Source of the DNA: Harriotta raleighana
Taxonomy: Eukaryota
DNA: 64,000 nt
NCBI GenBank assembly: GCA_050575255.1
Contig: JBNZDD010013568.1
Coordinates: 1,233,243 to 1,297,242, forward strand
Direction: 5' to 3'
Below, piece after piece: positions 51,690 to 64,000 of this stretch (within the stretch, counting starts at the first letter, position 1; every line of letters begins with the position of its first letter). Made by a program: the position numbers and the translations under genes. The notes beneath the pieces were generated by a model. The model saw only the letters and a program-made list of their open reading frames with translations, ran no database searches and was not told where the DNA came from.

Positions 51690-51838
51690 TGCCTCGCCTC
51701 CTTCAAGTTCCGCTTCGACTGTGACATCAGTCACGTTCCCTTCCCTCCAACCTCCCCGATCCCAATCCCAGCTTGTGTCTGAAGCACTGACTGTCTAGCA
51801 CCTTGGGACATCCTCCCAATGTAATTTTGTTGTAGTTG
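51690..51838 (+). mobile_element. L2 3' end (family A)
   Basis: ctccttcaag..cccaatcccagctt..tgactgtctagcaccttgggacatcctccc..aatgtaattttgttg. Confidence 0.75.
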
Positions 51839-51850
51839 TAATAAGGCAAT

Positions 51851-52135
51851 GTGACCTGTAGCTCAGTGATTAGAACTCTTGCCTTGCAAGCGAGAAACCT
51901 GGGTTTGATTCCAGACAGGGCAGAATCTTGGCCACATGGCTAATAATAATCCTTCAAAACAAATTGGTCAATTCAATCCATGACTGTTTGTGGGACACTA
52001 CTGTGCACAATTGGCTGCTGCTTTTCACCCAGAAATATACAGTAAATTCACTTTACAGTGTGTTCTATGAAGTGCTATTGAGACATCTAGAAGACGTGAA
52101 AAGCGCTACATCAAATGCAAGAATTATTATTATTA
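51851..52135 (+). mobile_element. Full-length tRNA-derived SINE
   Basis: cctgtagctcagtgattag..cttgcaag..ggtttgattcc through aaaagcgctacatcaaatgcaagaattattattatt. Confidence 0.9.
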
Positions 52136-52225
52136 TAATGCTAGAAATAGAAGCCAATCAACAAGTGAAATATTCCTAATGTTTTGGATCTGATCCGCCC
52201 TCCAAATCAGAACCAGAACAATGGT

Positions 52226-52579
52226 TAATAATAATATTGCTTACATTTGATATAGCACCTTATCACATCTTTAAGCCATCTAAAGCGCTTCACAGAATAT
52301 AATGTAAAGTGAATTAACTATACTGTATTTTGTGGCTGAAATGCGGCAGCCAATTGCGCACAGTAGTGTCCCACAAATAGTTATGGATTGAATGACTAAT
52401 TTTAAAAAGTTTTTAAGGGATTAGTACACCCAGAAAAGCGAGTCAGCCAGCAATCGACTAATTAAAGTTAGGAAATCAGGAGAAAGGAACCGTACTCTAA
52501 ATTTTTCCCTGCCTGGGAGTTGAATCCACGTCCTCTTGCATTCGAGGCCACTGTTCTAACCACTAAGATACAGAACTCC
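52226..52579 (-). mobile_element. Full-length tRNA-derived SINE, inverted
   Basis: The reverse complement starts GGAGTTCTGTATCTTAGTGGTTAGAAC..GGATTCAACTCC and ends in the same tail. Confidence 0.85.
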
Positions 52580-55500
52580 ACATGATGTAAAGAAGCCCTT
52601 TATAATGAAATGGAGGAATCAAAAAAAAAAGCTCCAGCTAGTAGTTAAAATTCAAATTCACTACTGTGAGTTGAGCCTCAAGTGAAACATAGGAGCCCAA
52701 AGGCAACCCAGTGCAGCCTAATACTACAGCTATCAGACAAGGCCCCAGAAAAACAATTCCTGACATACTTTTATGAAGGCTTGCGTAAAAAAGCATACTA
52801 ATCTTGATCTACATATAATTTTCTCTACCCCCTCCCCCACCCGCCAGCAAAAATCACAGATGAGCCTATTTTACATTCACTTTCATTTCTAATCTGCATT
52901 TTGTAAGACACATTAAGACGTTTATTGGAACACGAAATGACCAGTACATAAGGCACATATAAATATAAAAAGGTAATTATTAACTAAGAAGTTAGCGGGC
53001 TCTGCAAAACAACCAACTACTGATAAGAGAAAGATAGTGGAGCGAAAGCCTACAAAACATAACAGGCTAAAATTTTATGATAGTGAACAAGTAGATTATA
53101 TGGAGTGGTTAATCTATTTAATGAAATCTTGGTTTTAGAAACAAAACAATCAATTGTAGCCATGGCTCAAATGGACTGATAGAGTGAACGTCCACTGCAA
53201 ATTCTCACGGTCTGGTTGAGCTTTGGGGAGAGAGCTTGGTCATATGTGAAGTGAGCAGCTTTTACAGTTTTTATGCTTGGATAGTGGTGTACAAAGACTG
53301 GAAGTTGATGTATTGCATTTTAAAGGGATACTTGTAAACTGCACTCAGAAATCAACCATGCTGGCCATTAGCCAAATTATTAAAGCAAGAAGTAAAGAAT
53401 ATTTCATATATTTATAGGTTTTATAGCTTTTAATATCACATGCAAAGATCCAAGTCATGTTTAAAAGTTACAGTATATCTGGGTGAAAATGGGGCTCCCA
53501 GTTTCCAGCTCAAAATACACACAACGTCTCAACACTCTTTGTACAGAAATGTTACAGAAGGCCCTAGCAATGTGCTGACCCAATATACTGATGCTACAGC
53601 AATCTCATATTGTTCAGTTGGAAGCAGGTGGTGTTAGCTAAGTTATCAGGTTGCACAATACCAGGAAAACACAAATTACATAAAGCAGACCCTCGACTAA
53701 CACGACTTCTTGCACATCACTGAATCCCAAAATAACCTGCGTTGAAACCTATGTTGTGCAATGAGAGTGGTTACATCAATCATTCAATCCATTTCCCGGT
53801 CGGCACACTGGCCTACTGGGAAATGGATGGGTGATGGAAAGGAGGCCTCGGGACATGCTTTGAACGCTGCACAGTTGTCCCCACTTACCCAATGCTTCAT
53901 TTACCAATCTCCGCTGAAGGAATTTTCTTTTAAAAGGTTTTTTAAAATGATAAATGAGTTTTGGATATCACACATGATTTAAGTACAACAGCTGTTCAGG
54001 ATATGAAAAGGCTGTCTTATCAAAACATTAGGTGCTCATGACTTGTGGATTATGTGGTCATGTCACTGTACAGCATTTTTCTTTATTTACAGTTGTCCAT
54101 CACATCATCTACTGAATCTATCATTTAGGACTCACTCAGGCTGATGCTTAAAGCAGACAAGCCACTGAATTGAGGTGACAGTAGATACTTAAGTGATAAC
54201 GCATGACTGCTTTCATTGTATCAGGGAATTTAGGATACACCGATTGATATGAATGCTTCAAATTTACCTGCAATCTTCAATTCTCTGGTGAGACTACCAA
54301 GTACCATCCCTGATAATAATTCAAACATTTGTGGTGCTACTTACTCATTAAATTTGATTAGTATTCTTGATATTCCAATTGAATAAGAAACATAATTGTT
54401 TTGCTCTATAGAGGAAGTAGGGTTAAGAAAGAATTCTCCTCCGTCATCAAGAATTAAATCAGAATTGGGCTGATATGATACTCAGGCACTTGTGAAAGAA
54501 TTTAGTAAGTCAACAGTAGAACCCCATTTACTACACAGAAAATCTTACAACACCGCAGTTTTGTAGCTTAGAAATTCAAGAATTAAAGTAACAGCAGACC
54601 ATTTGTTTACCTAATAAAGTCCTGGAATGAATATGTCATTATAATAATAATCATCCTAATATCTACCAATGTCTTTCTGATTGTGACCACATGCCTCATT
54701 GTTGTCCCATTATTCCACCACTCCTTCCTTTTTGGACTTCAAGAAGGGAATCGCTACATAACCCTCCAATTATAAACCATTCTGGTAAAGCTCTGCTGAT
54801 ATTCACAACCATACCAAACAGCCTAGGTTAGACATTTAGGAACCAGTTTGTCTCCCGATTGCTGTGGTTTCTTAAAAAAATCACTGAAACCACAAGCAGA
54901 ATGGCCCTGATTCTACTTTTATTTATAGGTCAAAATCCAGACAAATAAAACTCAATTTATTTTTGGATCCATACTGCTCAGCTATTCAACCAAGTCTGGC
55001 CAACTGTCCTGACTTACATTACAGTGGTGCACTATCTTTTGATTGAGGCTATAACTTTGGTTGCAATCTCAAGTTAAATATATGAAGCAGTAAACCAGTG
55101 ATCAACTTCTGAATTTCTCCAGATTTTGGGTGACTATGTAAATTGGAGACCTCAGATCCAAGAAAACCAAGCTTGTTTCCGTTCCCACACATACATTGGA
55201 AATCCATTGCATGTGACATTTTATGTGAAATGCAAACATCACACATCTCAGTCACTAATATAGGAGAAGTTGTTCTTTGGAAGGGGACCATTGCTCTATC
55301 TAATCTTAACAAAATAATATGTAGATTACCAAAATGCCATGTTCACACTGCTGGTCCGCACTGGAAACTACATTCATTTTAACATTCTGGATAAAGTGAG
55401 GGACTGAGTGGAGCCATCATGAATCAAAGTGAAATGAATGGTTACAAGTCCAGAGTTCTACAAATTAAACCAAGCTGAATATTAGCAGTAAAATACTTCT

Positions 55501-55732
55501 AATGCATACAGCCTAAATCCCAAATGACTAGCATTTATAGTCACATGGCACACCATTAGTACCAAATCTAGGGAAGTTTTTGTATTTGAATCAGAAGCTT
55601 CCTTGTATTTCCAATCAAGGTTTTAGTAAGAAGATCTAAAAGTGATGTGATGCAAAAATCACCAAAAGAAAAGAATTAGCTGCAATGAACATAACCTCAA
55701 TCAGCAACTTATCTGAAATTCTCAAGGTGCTT

Positions 55733-55830
55733 TAATGATAATAATTGCTAGCGTTTGACACAGTGCTTTACCACATCTTTGAGATGCCTTAAAGCGCTTC
55801 ACAGAATAAACTATAAAATAAATTGGTTAT
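55733..55830 (-). mobile_element. SINE 3' tail, degenerate
   Basis: ataataattgctagcgtttga..cacatctttgagatgccttaaagcgcttcacagaata. Confidence 0.65.
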
Positions 55831-58094
55831 TTGTTCAAAGTACTAGACAATGCAAAAAGTAAAAAATTGTTAACTGCAGTCTGCTTCAGTACCAAACACA
55901 CTTACTTGAGTAGATATCCAGCTACTATTTAGCTATCACCTGTCGACAGAAAGCACAGAAGCTGCCTGGGGTATGGTAGACTTCACTATAATTACAGTTC
56001 ACATGTGGTTCATAACCTCTTCTATTTACATTTTATGCCTGGAGCTTTATCTATTACATTGTTCTAATTTTGTCAAACAGCAGATTTGTTTACTGAACAT
56101 GTGGCCTCTCTAGAGCCGTTCAAGCAGCTGTAATTTGATTTTTAGCCCACTGAATCCACAATGAATACCAGACCAGTGGCAGCACAAGTTAATCCAATTG
56201 CTTTCATATGCTATACTCCAGGTTCCCTTATGGATAATTAATTATTTCCATAGAATCTTCCTCCAAGCTTACAAGATCTTACAAAATAAGAGCTCAGCGG
56301 ATGAGCCATCTAGCTAAACAATGAAGAGGGGAGCTATATAAACCTAAGTTGTTATTGTAATTGAAGATCGGGGTGCATATGAAATCAGTTGGTGGGGTGG
56401 GTAAGAAAGAGAACAATTCAGAGACAGGCATGTGGATTTTGGGTGCCAACAGGATTACTCTCAAAGACAATTATCCCTCCCCACAGTTGCCAAACATCAT
56501 GCCAAAAGTCACACATGAAACATAGCCACTTTAGCAAGGTAACATAGGGCACCTGACACTCGAGCAGCTTACCTCAAAAGGTGAAAAAAAAACTAACAGA
56601 AGTGCCTTACAGAGAGAGGGGCAGTGATGTGATAAAATTGAAGTGAGAAATGGCAAGGGGGAGGGGGGAGAAATCACAATAACCCAAGCAAGAAACACGC
56701 AATTTAGACAAACGATTTTGGGGTGGGGGGGGGGGGGTGAAAGAGAGAGGAACCAATAGTTTGTTTAAATTGTTCCCCCAAAACCTGGCATTTTGCCCTG
56801 ATGACAATAATTGTGTTTATGGTCATCATGTGGGCTGTGCTCAGAGCTGTGGGTCCAAACAACTCTGTTGGCAGCATTGCTTATGTACATTGTTTGCTGT
56901 TACTATGGCAATCCACAGACTTTTATCAAGAGTTAGCACAATAAAGGGCATTAAATAGTGGAAAAGATGGTAGTGTTCCTAATTATTTCACCAGCCATGT
57001 TTCAAAACTAGGAATGGTTTTCATGGCTTTATGGTAGTTGACAAATTACTAAATGATGTATAAGTATTAGACTAATTACAGTGTAGTATTCTATTTGACA
57101 ATATCTTTTTCAGCTGAATGGGATGATAGCAGCACTTAAAACTCAAACATTAGGTTTCCTTTTACCTCCCTCTCTGCTTAATGGCTTGTATTAGGTATGA
57201 TGAACGGCTGAATCAGGAACTCTGACCCTTGCTCTCTTAAGCAGCTGCTCAGGCAATTTTTCAAATTAGACCATTTTCTGGATGGGTACAGTTTTTATAA
57301 TCCAGTTTAGATCTTCTAACAATTGCATAGAATTTCACTATATAAGCAATCCAAAAATCAGACTACAGTAGGAAGAAAATACTAGCTCATTTTGCAAATG
57401 TTGTAAACCTTATTTCAATTCCTTTTTAATTGCAGAATTGAACTGTAAATGTCAAACCCTTGGCCTAAGATTTATGCTGGAGAAGCAATGCCCAGTATGG
57501 GATCTTTCTGCAAAGTAGTGCAACATCAAGCAATTTATTACATTTATTTTCCGCTTCACCCATTGATCATTGCCCACCAATCTTCTCCTCAGAAACCCTT
57601 TGAGTTTTCTTTACATGAAAGGAGATAAATGCAAATTGTTGTTGATAACACCACCTAACTTTTGACAACTAAGATATCTTCTACCTTCAAATTGCCTTAT
57701 CATGCCCAAATCAATCATTTTAAAACCAATTAATATTTTTGATATGAAAAGCACCCCTCTCTGAGCTCAGTAACTTTTGTCACAAACGAAAACATTTCCC
57801 GCTGGAAGACAGGACATGCTTGGACAACATGATTCATGTTAACAGGCAGATCTTGTATGGTGGCTGACAGCTGCCAAATATCAGGCAAAAAATCTACCCC
57901 CCCACCCACCTCCGCACCCACGAGTAAAAATCAGTTTGAGAAATGCCAGAATAATTACGAGATAAATCAGTTTCTTGAATATTCTACTACTCGTTACCTT
58001 TCTAATGTTTCAAATGTACTTATAATTCAAGACTACATTTCATTGCCATCCAGTTAATTTAAGTACACAAATCTTATGCTCCACAGTTCAATCC

Positions 58095-60311
58095 TTGCTG
58101 GGTAATATCCCCTTCATTATCTGGTACTAGAACATTGCATTTTAGCCTAGGGAGCAAGCAGCTATTATATTAATAATGTTCTTCCATTCAGAACCATAGT
58201 GCTTAACAATAATATTGTTCAGAGTCCATTACACAGAGGACTTTTACAACTGGCTCCAGTTCAATTCTGTCACAACTCAACATGCCATCTATTATTAGAT
58301 TAGTCATCAAACATACTGCCAAGCGAACAAAAAACATAAATTCTATTAATTACAATTATCCAGATTGTGAAAGTAAAGCTATTATATCAATCTGCACAAT
58401 ATTTTTTCAATCCATATTTACAGCTGTGTAACATAAATGTTGATTTGCAACAAATGTGATCATAATAAATCACGTTGTGACTGGGAATAGTTGCCATACA
58501 TTAATGTGCCCAAACAGAATTGTCATATCAATACAATTGATCATTTTTAAATACACCATCATATTGAGTTACCGCTGACTTGCCCTCGCTCAGCAAATGA
58601 AAACACGCAACTGCGAAGGTAGCCAGAACTATTTGGATACTGTTGTGAGAACACAAATGTACCTTTTTAGGATCAGGGTGTCTCTACAAGTCCTCAGATT
58701 CTAAAAGCATGGTTATAGTTACACCAAAGTTTTGGCTTCAAATATACAACTCAATACAGGAAAGACCCAATGCGCAATTAGAATTGATGGTTAAAATAAA
58801 AAAAATTAAATTGTCAAATACCAGTCTATTTCTGATAAGAATGAAATTCATATTAACATTCACTGTATCTATAGTTTGTCCATTTGTTTCAGAGCAATTT
58901 ATAAAAATCTACTGCATAACTCCCGGAAAATTAGATTGGGTATTCCATTACTGGTAAGAACCTAGGTGCAATGTGGAAGCATATTAGTCTGAAAGCAATC
59001 GGTAGTAAAAAATAGTTTTGCTTCTGTAAAGGATGCAAGGACAGATCAGTACAATTGTAACTGGTTGCATCTAGGAATTCCCGCAGATAGCTGTCAATTT
59101 TCTACCGCTAACTTTTACTTCCACCTGAGTTGCTGCCAATATCACACAAAAAAAAATCTAATCTTTACATCCTGGCTTCAGGCCAGTCACACAATTTCTA
59201 TGNTTGCTGGGTAATATCCCCTTCATTATCTGGTACTAGAACATTGCATTTTAGCCTAGGGAGCAAGCAGCTATTATATTAATAATGTTCTTCCATTCAG
59301 AACCATAGTGCTTAACAATAATATTGTTCAGAGTCCATTACACAGAGGACTTTTACAACTGGCTCCAGTTCAATTCTGTCACAACTCAACATGCCATCTA
59401 TTATTAGATTAGTCATCAAACATACTGCCAAGCGAACAAAAAACATAAATTCTATTAATTACAATTATCCAGATTGTGAAAGTAAAGCTATTATATCAAT
59501 CTGCACAATATTTTTTCAATCCATATTTACAGCTGTGTAACATAAATGTTGATTTGCAACAAATGTGATCATAATAAATCACGTTGTGACTGGGAATAGT
59601 TGCCATACATTAATGTGCCCAAACAGAATTGTCATATCAATACAATTGATCATTTTTAAATACACCATCATATTGAGTTACCGCTGACTTGCCCTCGCTC
59701 AGCAAATGAAAACACGCAACTGCGAAGGTAGCCAGAACTATTTGGATACTGTTGTGAGAACACAAATGTACCTTTTTAGGATCAGGGTGTCTCTACAAGT
59801 CCTCAGATTCTAAAAGCATGGTTATAGTTACACCAAAGTTTTGGCTTCAAATATACAACTCAATACAGGAAAGACCCAATGCGCAATTAGAATTGATGGT
59901 TAAAATAAAAAAAATTAAATTGTCAAATACCAGTCTATTTCTGATAAGAATGAAATTCATATTAACATTCACTGTATCTATAGTTTGTCCATTTGTTTCA
60001 GAGCAATTTATAAAAATCTACTGCATAACTCCCGGAAAATTAGATTGGGTATTCCATTACTGGTAAGAACCTAGGTGCAATGTGGAAGCATATTAGTCTG
60101 AAAGCAATCGGTAGTAAAAAATAGTTTTGCTTCTGTAAAGGATGCAAGGACAGATCAGTACAATTGTAACTGGTTGCATCTAGGAATTCCCGCAGATAGC
60201 TGTCAATTTTCTACCGCTAACTTTTACTTCCACCTGAGTTGCTGCCAATATCACACAAAAAAAAATCTAATCTTTACATCCTGGCTTCAGGCCAGTCACA
60301 CAATTTCTATG
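58095..60311. repeat. 1108-bp direct tandem duplication separated by a single N (59203); probable assembly overlap artefact
   Basis: 58095-59202 appears identical to 59204-60311, and identical ORFs occur at 58709 and 59818. Confidence 0.9.
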
Positions 60312-62159
60312 CTCTTTAATATAAGAGTTTCATTCGAGTACATCCCCAACTGATCTCAGAGCAGGTGAGTGCCCACCGTAACAAAACAAGAAAACTATTG
60401 TGACCATTTGTGACAAGTTAGACAATTTGGCCCGCTGTTCAGCGTCCTCCAGAAGCAGAAGCAGCAACAACAACAAAATTTGTATAGCAGATGGAAGAAC
60501 AGATCTTTAAGGACTGACAGATATCTCTGGAGAAAACATCAATACGTTCACAAGTCTTGTCACAAATTTATGAACAGAATATGAAATTGAGCAAGTTAAC
60601 CGATTAGAAAGAGCATTTTCCAGATTTTCCAGCATCACAATATAAAATGCACTGCACAATTTCTGCTGGTAGATTACTAGCTATTTTTAGTCACAAGCTG
60701 TGGGCGTCATTGAGATGGATCTCTGAATTTTAAATGCTGTTTATACTGGGCAGTACAGAGTGCATAGAAATGTTCTTTTATGTGAAAGGTGCTGTGTACC
60801 ATGCTTTTCATGAGAAGTGCAGGTTTAAATCGACCTTGGTGAATTATAGCCTATCGAGAGCTCTCCTATGAAAGTGCTACATGAGCGTGGTTACTTACAA
60901 AATTAAATTCACAAGTGAGCCACTAATGAAGTGCTAATCCAGAGTATGACAGGCTACAAGTGACAAAGCCATGCAAGCTGCAGACAGGTCAGCCACCCAT
61001 AAGGAACTTCACTCAGATATCTCCCTACTGTTAGTGACCCCGTGTGCCAGCCTGCAAGATAAACTGCATATGACACTGCAATTTCGAGAGCACTAATGAC
61101 GCTTCCAGTGTCAGTTTCTATCACTGACAGACAGATAGGCAGCTAAATGATAACAGCTACCGACAGGCCAACCTTTGGATTCTACTTAGTCTCCAAACAC
61201 AGCAACTGAACATTTCACCACAGTCTGGATACAATTATTCTGTAACTGTTTGAGCCAACTCACACAAATCTCCATTGAGTGTGGCTTTCTTCCCAGACAA
61301 CACCACTAAATTTGTTTCTAATCTTTCAGCATCACGAGAGGTCTTCCTTCAAATTACAACCGATACAATTTATGTTGTGTAAACTTATGAATACACAAAA
61401 TATTGAAGCATCGCATTTTGATTACTGCGATCCAACTTGAGACAATTTGTTACAAACCAGTGGTTTATTCAGTTGCAAACAGTTTATGATTTGGACAATT
61501 TTTTTAATGAGCTCTTCGACTGACTGGAGTTTGGTTAGCTGACTTTAAATAACCACCAGACTAAACAGTTGTGTGATTTCCTTTCCATCAGTGACATTTA
61601 TAGATTCCTGGTGTTTTTCTTGATGTTTGTAATAACAGAAACATCAAAAAAAAATCAATTACAGTGATTCAGAAATTCACCAGCAATTCCAATTTTCCCC
61701 ATAGAGGTATCACAAACGATATCCATCTCTTTTGACACCACAAGTGCTCTCTTAAGTAATCCTAAACATGATCAACTCCAGGAGCAAGGTTCTTGTTCAC
61801 TGAAATTTGCTGGCCTCTCTGCAGAGCTGAGTTTAAGTCAAGATTTGATAGGTCCAACTTAGATTTATTTGCCTCTCATCCCATGGCAAAATGGAAACTT
61901 GGCATTAATGGAAGAGCAGGCGAAGAACATTTGTTTTGGGAATCCTTCAATGCAAAAACAAGATGCCGTGAACAATGTTTATATATACAGTATGTTTCAA
62001 TATATGAGTGACCTCTTTGCTGCAGTCATTTGTGCCTACTTTCCTTTATATGCAATATTTGGCTGAACAAAAATGAAGCAACACACAGCAGGATTGCTAT
62101 ATTTAACAAGACTCCTTTGTTGTAGAGAAACAATGGAGACCACTGGGAAAGGAGTTGAA

Positions 62160-62217
62160 AAAACAACAACTTGAATTCATCGAGTGCCTTTCATGTCAAG
62201 AAGACGTCCCAAAGCAT
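62160..62217 (-). mobile_element. L2/SINE-type 3' end
   Basis: aacaacaacttgaattcat..gcctttcatgtcaagaagacgtcccaaagc. Confidence 0.7.
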
Positions 62218-63313
62218 TGAAAAATAACTGGCACCAAGCACTAAGGTCAATAAGAGCAAGGTAGTAATACTGCCAAATTCTCTTCACCTCCTGTTTGGCA
62301 AACATTCCCTCTAGTCTTAATATCTTTTCTTACTTTACCCCCTGTACCTAAAATGGAATTTATTTTTCAAAAATCACTGGGGTAAATTGATCTTGGAATT
62401 AAAATTCAGTGTAAATTGCATTTTGATACAGAATGTATTCAAGTGTAAATCATTCAATTCTACCAATTGCCAAAAAGATTTACTTCATGTAACTACAGAA
62501 GTCGAATGATGCATCTGAAAGTAGCATATTCCAAATAATGTACTTAATCTCTCAATTTATAAACTAAGTTAAAGCAGACAGCTATTGAATGGATATACAA
62601 ATTGCTTATTTCCAAAGCACTGTGATTGACTCAGTAACAAATAAAAGATTAGCTAACAATTGAGGGGGTTTGGACTGCGGATATAGAGATTTTTTTCCCC
62701 AACAGTAATGGTATAACTAAAGAAAAATGAGAAGGATATTTTAGAAAATCAGTTATAATTTTTTGAGAAAAATAAGCAGTTCTGGCAATTTGACAAACAG
62801 TCTTGTGTAAAGGAGTGCTTTGTTTTTCAATAGCCCTTTCCATTTGTAGGATTGATTCCATTAAATCGCATCTTGCTCACAAACTAATGCATCAAACTAA
62901 GAAGCCTGTGAGGATTGAAGACCATTCAACAGCTAAGTTTTCTATTGCATATTTCTTTCCAAAAGGAATTTGCAAAGTAAAGAGAATTGTGAATTCAACT
63001 ATCAATGACTCCCTCTCTGGTCTTGACTTTAGGAGGATAAGAAGCGTGTTCAAATTCAGGTCAACATTCTGAAATCATTGTTGAAATAATCATTAGAGTT
63101 CATTAAGGACAGGTGGGCTGTAAGACTGTGCTAATATACTGAACATTAACACTGATCCCAAAGCACATCCCCACATTCCCGAACATAGAGCTATTATTTT
63201 TGACAGCTTGGAATTGCATGCCGTTTGGAACATTAGCCTCAATTGCATACAGATCTATTTATTACATTGTCACCAAAACATCAAATTCGCAAAGTTCAGT
63301 GTGCACACTGCAA

Positions 63314-63420
63314 TCAACAACACATTACATTTGTATACCATTGAGAGGACATCCCAAGGTGCTGGACAATCAGACATTTGGACCTGAGCAGGAGGTTAGC
63401 ATCAGGAGGGGTGTGTTCAA
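63314..63420 (-). mobile_element. L2 3' end (family A)
   Basis: caacaacacattacatttgtat..gaggacatcccaaggtgctggaca. Confidence 0.7.
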
Positions 63421-64000
63421 ACCGGAGCCCTGTGTTGCAATGAAACCGGGAAAGAAGAAGAGCTTGTGATATTCCTTTACTTATCTGAAAGACAATCACT
63501 TACACCTACAATAATTGCAAGTTATATAAGGATCTCCCACAGAATGTAGATCTGTGCAGTTCATGTCATAAAGTCATCAGTAATGATTTAGTCTCCATTT
63601 ATCCAAGTTTCCCACCCCTTCAAAGGTTCAGGTTGCTAACATCTAATGAACATATTCCATTTATTTGTGCTTTTACCACCATTATGTTAATCAAGTGTTT
63701 TCATCATTTAGAAAATTGAATAGAATGAAAACTCCTCAGCATTCACAAAGCAATCCAGGCCTCTCCTCGAAGGGTTACAAGGTTCCTTTCTACATAAACA
63801 GCAGCAAAGTTACTCATAATATTCAAGCCTATTCAGCAAACCAGACACAGTGAATGGTATTTGTCACTGTCTTCATTTTCCGCGAGATGCTTCAAAAGCA
63901 TTAAATACTTGTGGTGTGGGGGAGAAATACAATTTCGAATCCTGTTGGTTAACAGTTTTGTTTGAATACTTTTATCGGTGCTTTTTGCCAGCTCAACTAC

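Noticed and set aside
57198-57228. C/D-box-like ATGATGA...CTGA
   Set aside because: Far too short for a snoRNA and lacks a terminal stem.
58095-60311. 1.1-kb tandem duplication with twin 82-aa ORFs as a real gene duplication
   Set aside because: The copies look identical and are joined by a single N, the signature of an unmerged contig overlap. The ORF is not protein-like. Read depth would settle it.

Overview
Repeat-rich, AT-rich, CpG-depleted vertebrate genomic DNA, not prokaryotic. The repeat complement (tRNA-derived Deu-domain SINEs with (ATT)n tails, many L2 3' ends with (GTT)n tails, CR1 fragments, Tigger-like MITEs) points to a cartilaginous fish, possibly a chimaera such as Callorhinchus milii (inference). 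Only one convincing coding exon is visible: 201 nt, phase 0/0, minus strand, 7464-7664, from a gene I cannot name. About 56 kb upstream of it appears to be long intron or non-coding DNA containing several enhancer-like blocks. Almost all entries in the ORF track are chance ORFs or repeat-derived. A perfect 1.1-kb duplication around an N and a triplicated patch with Ns are probably assembly artefacts. I found no well-supported novel system. The best leads are a structured candidate poison exon, a covarying 3' stem-loop shared by three retroposon families, recurrent tail-to-tail inverted repeat pairs, and SOX+RFX and RE1-like motif blocks. Repeat boundaries were read by eye and are approximate.
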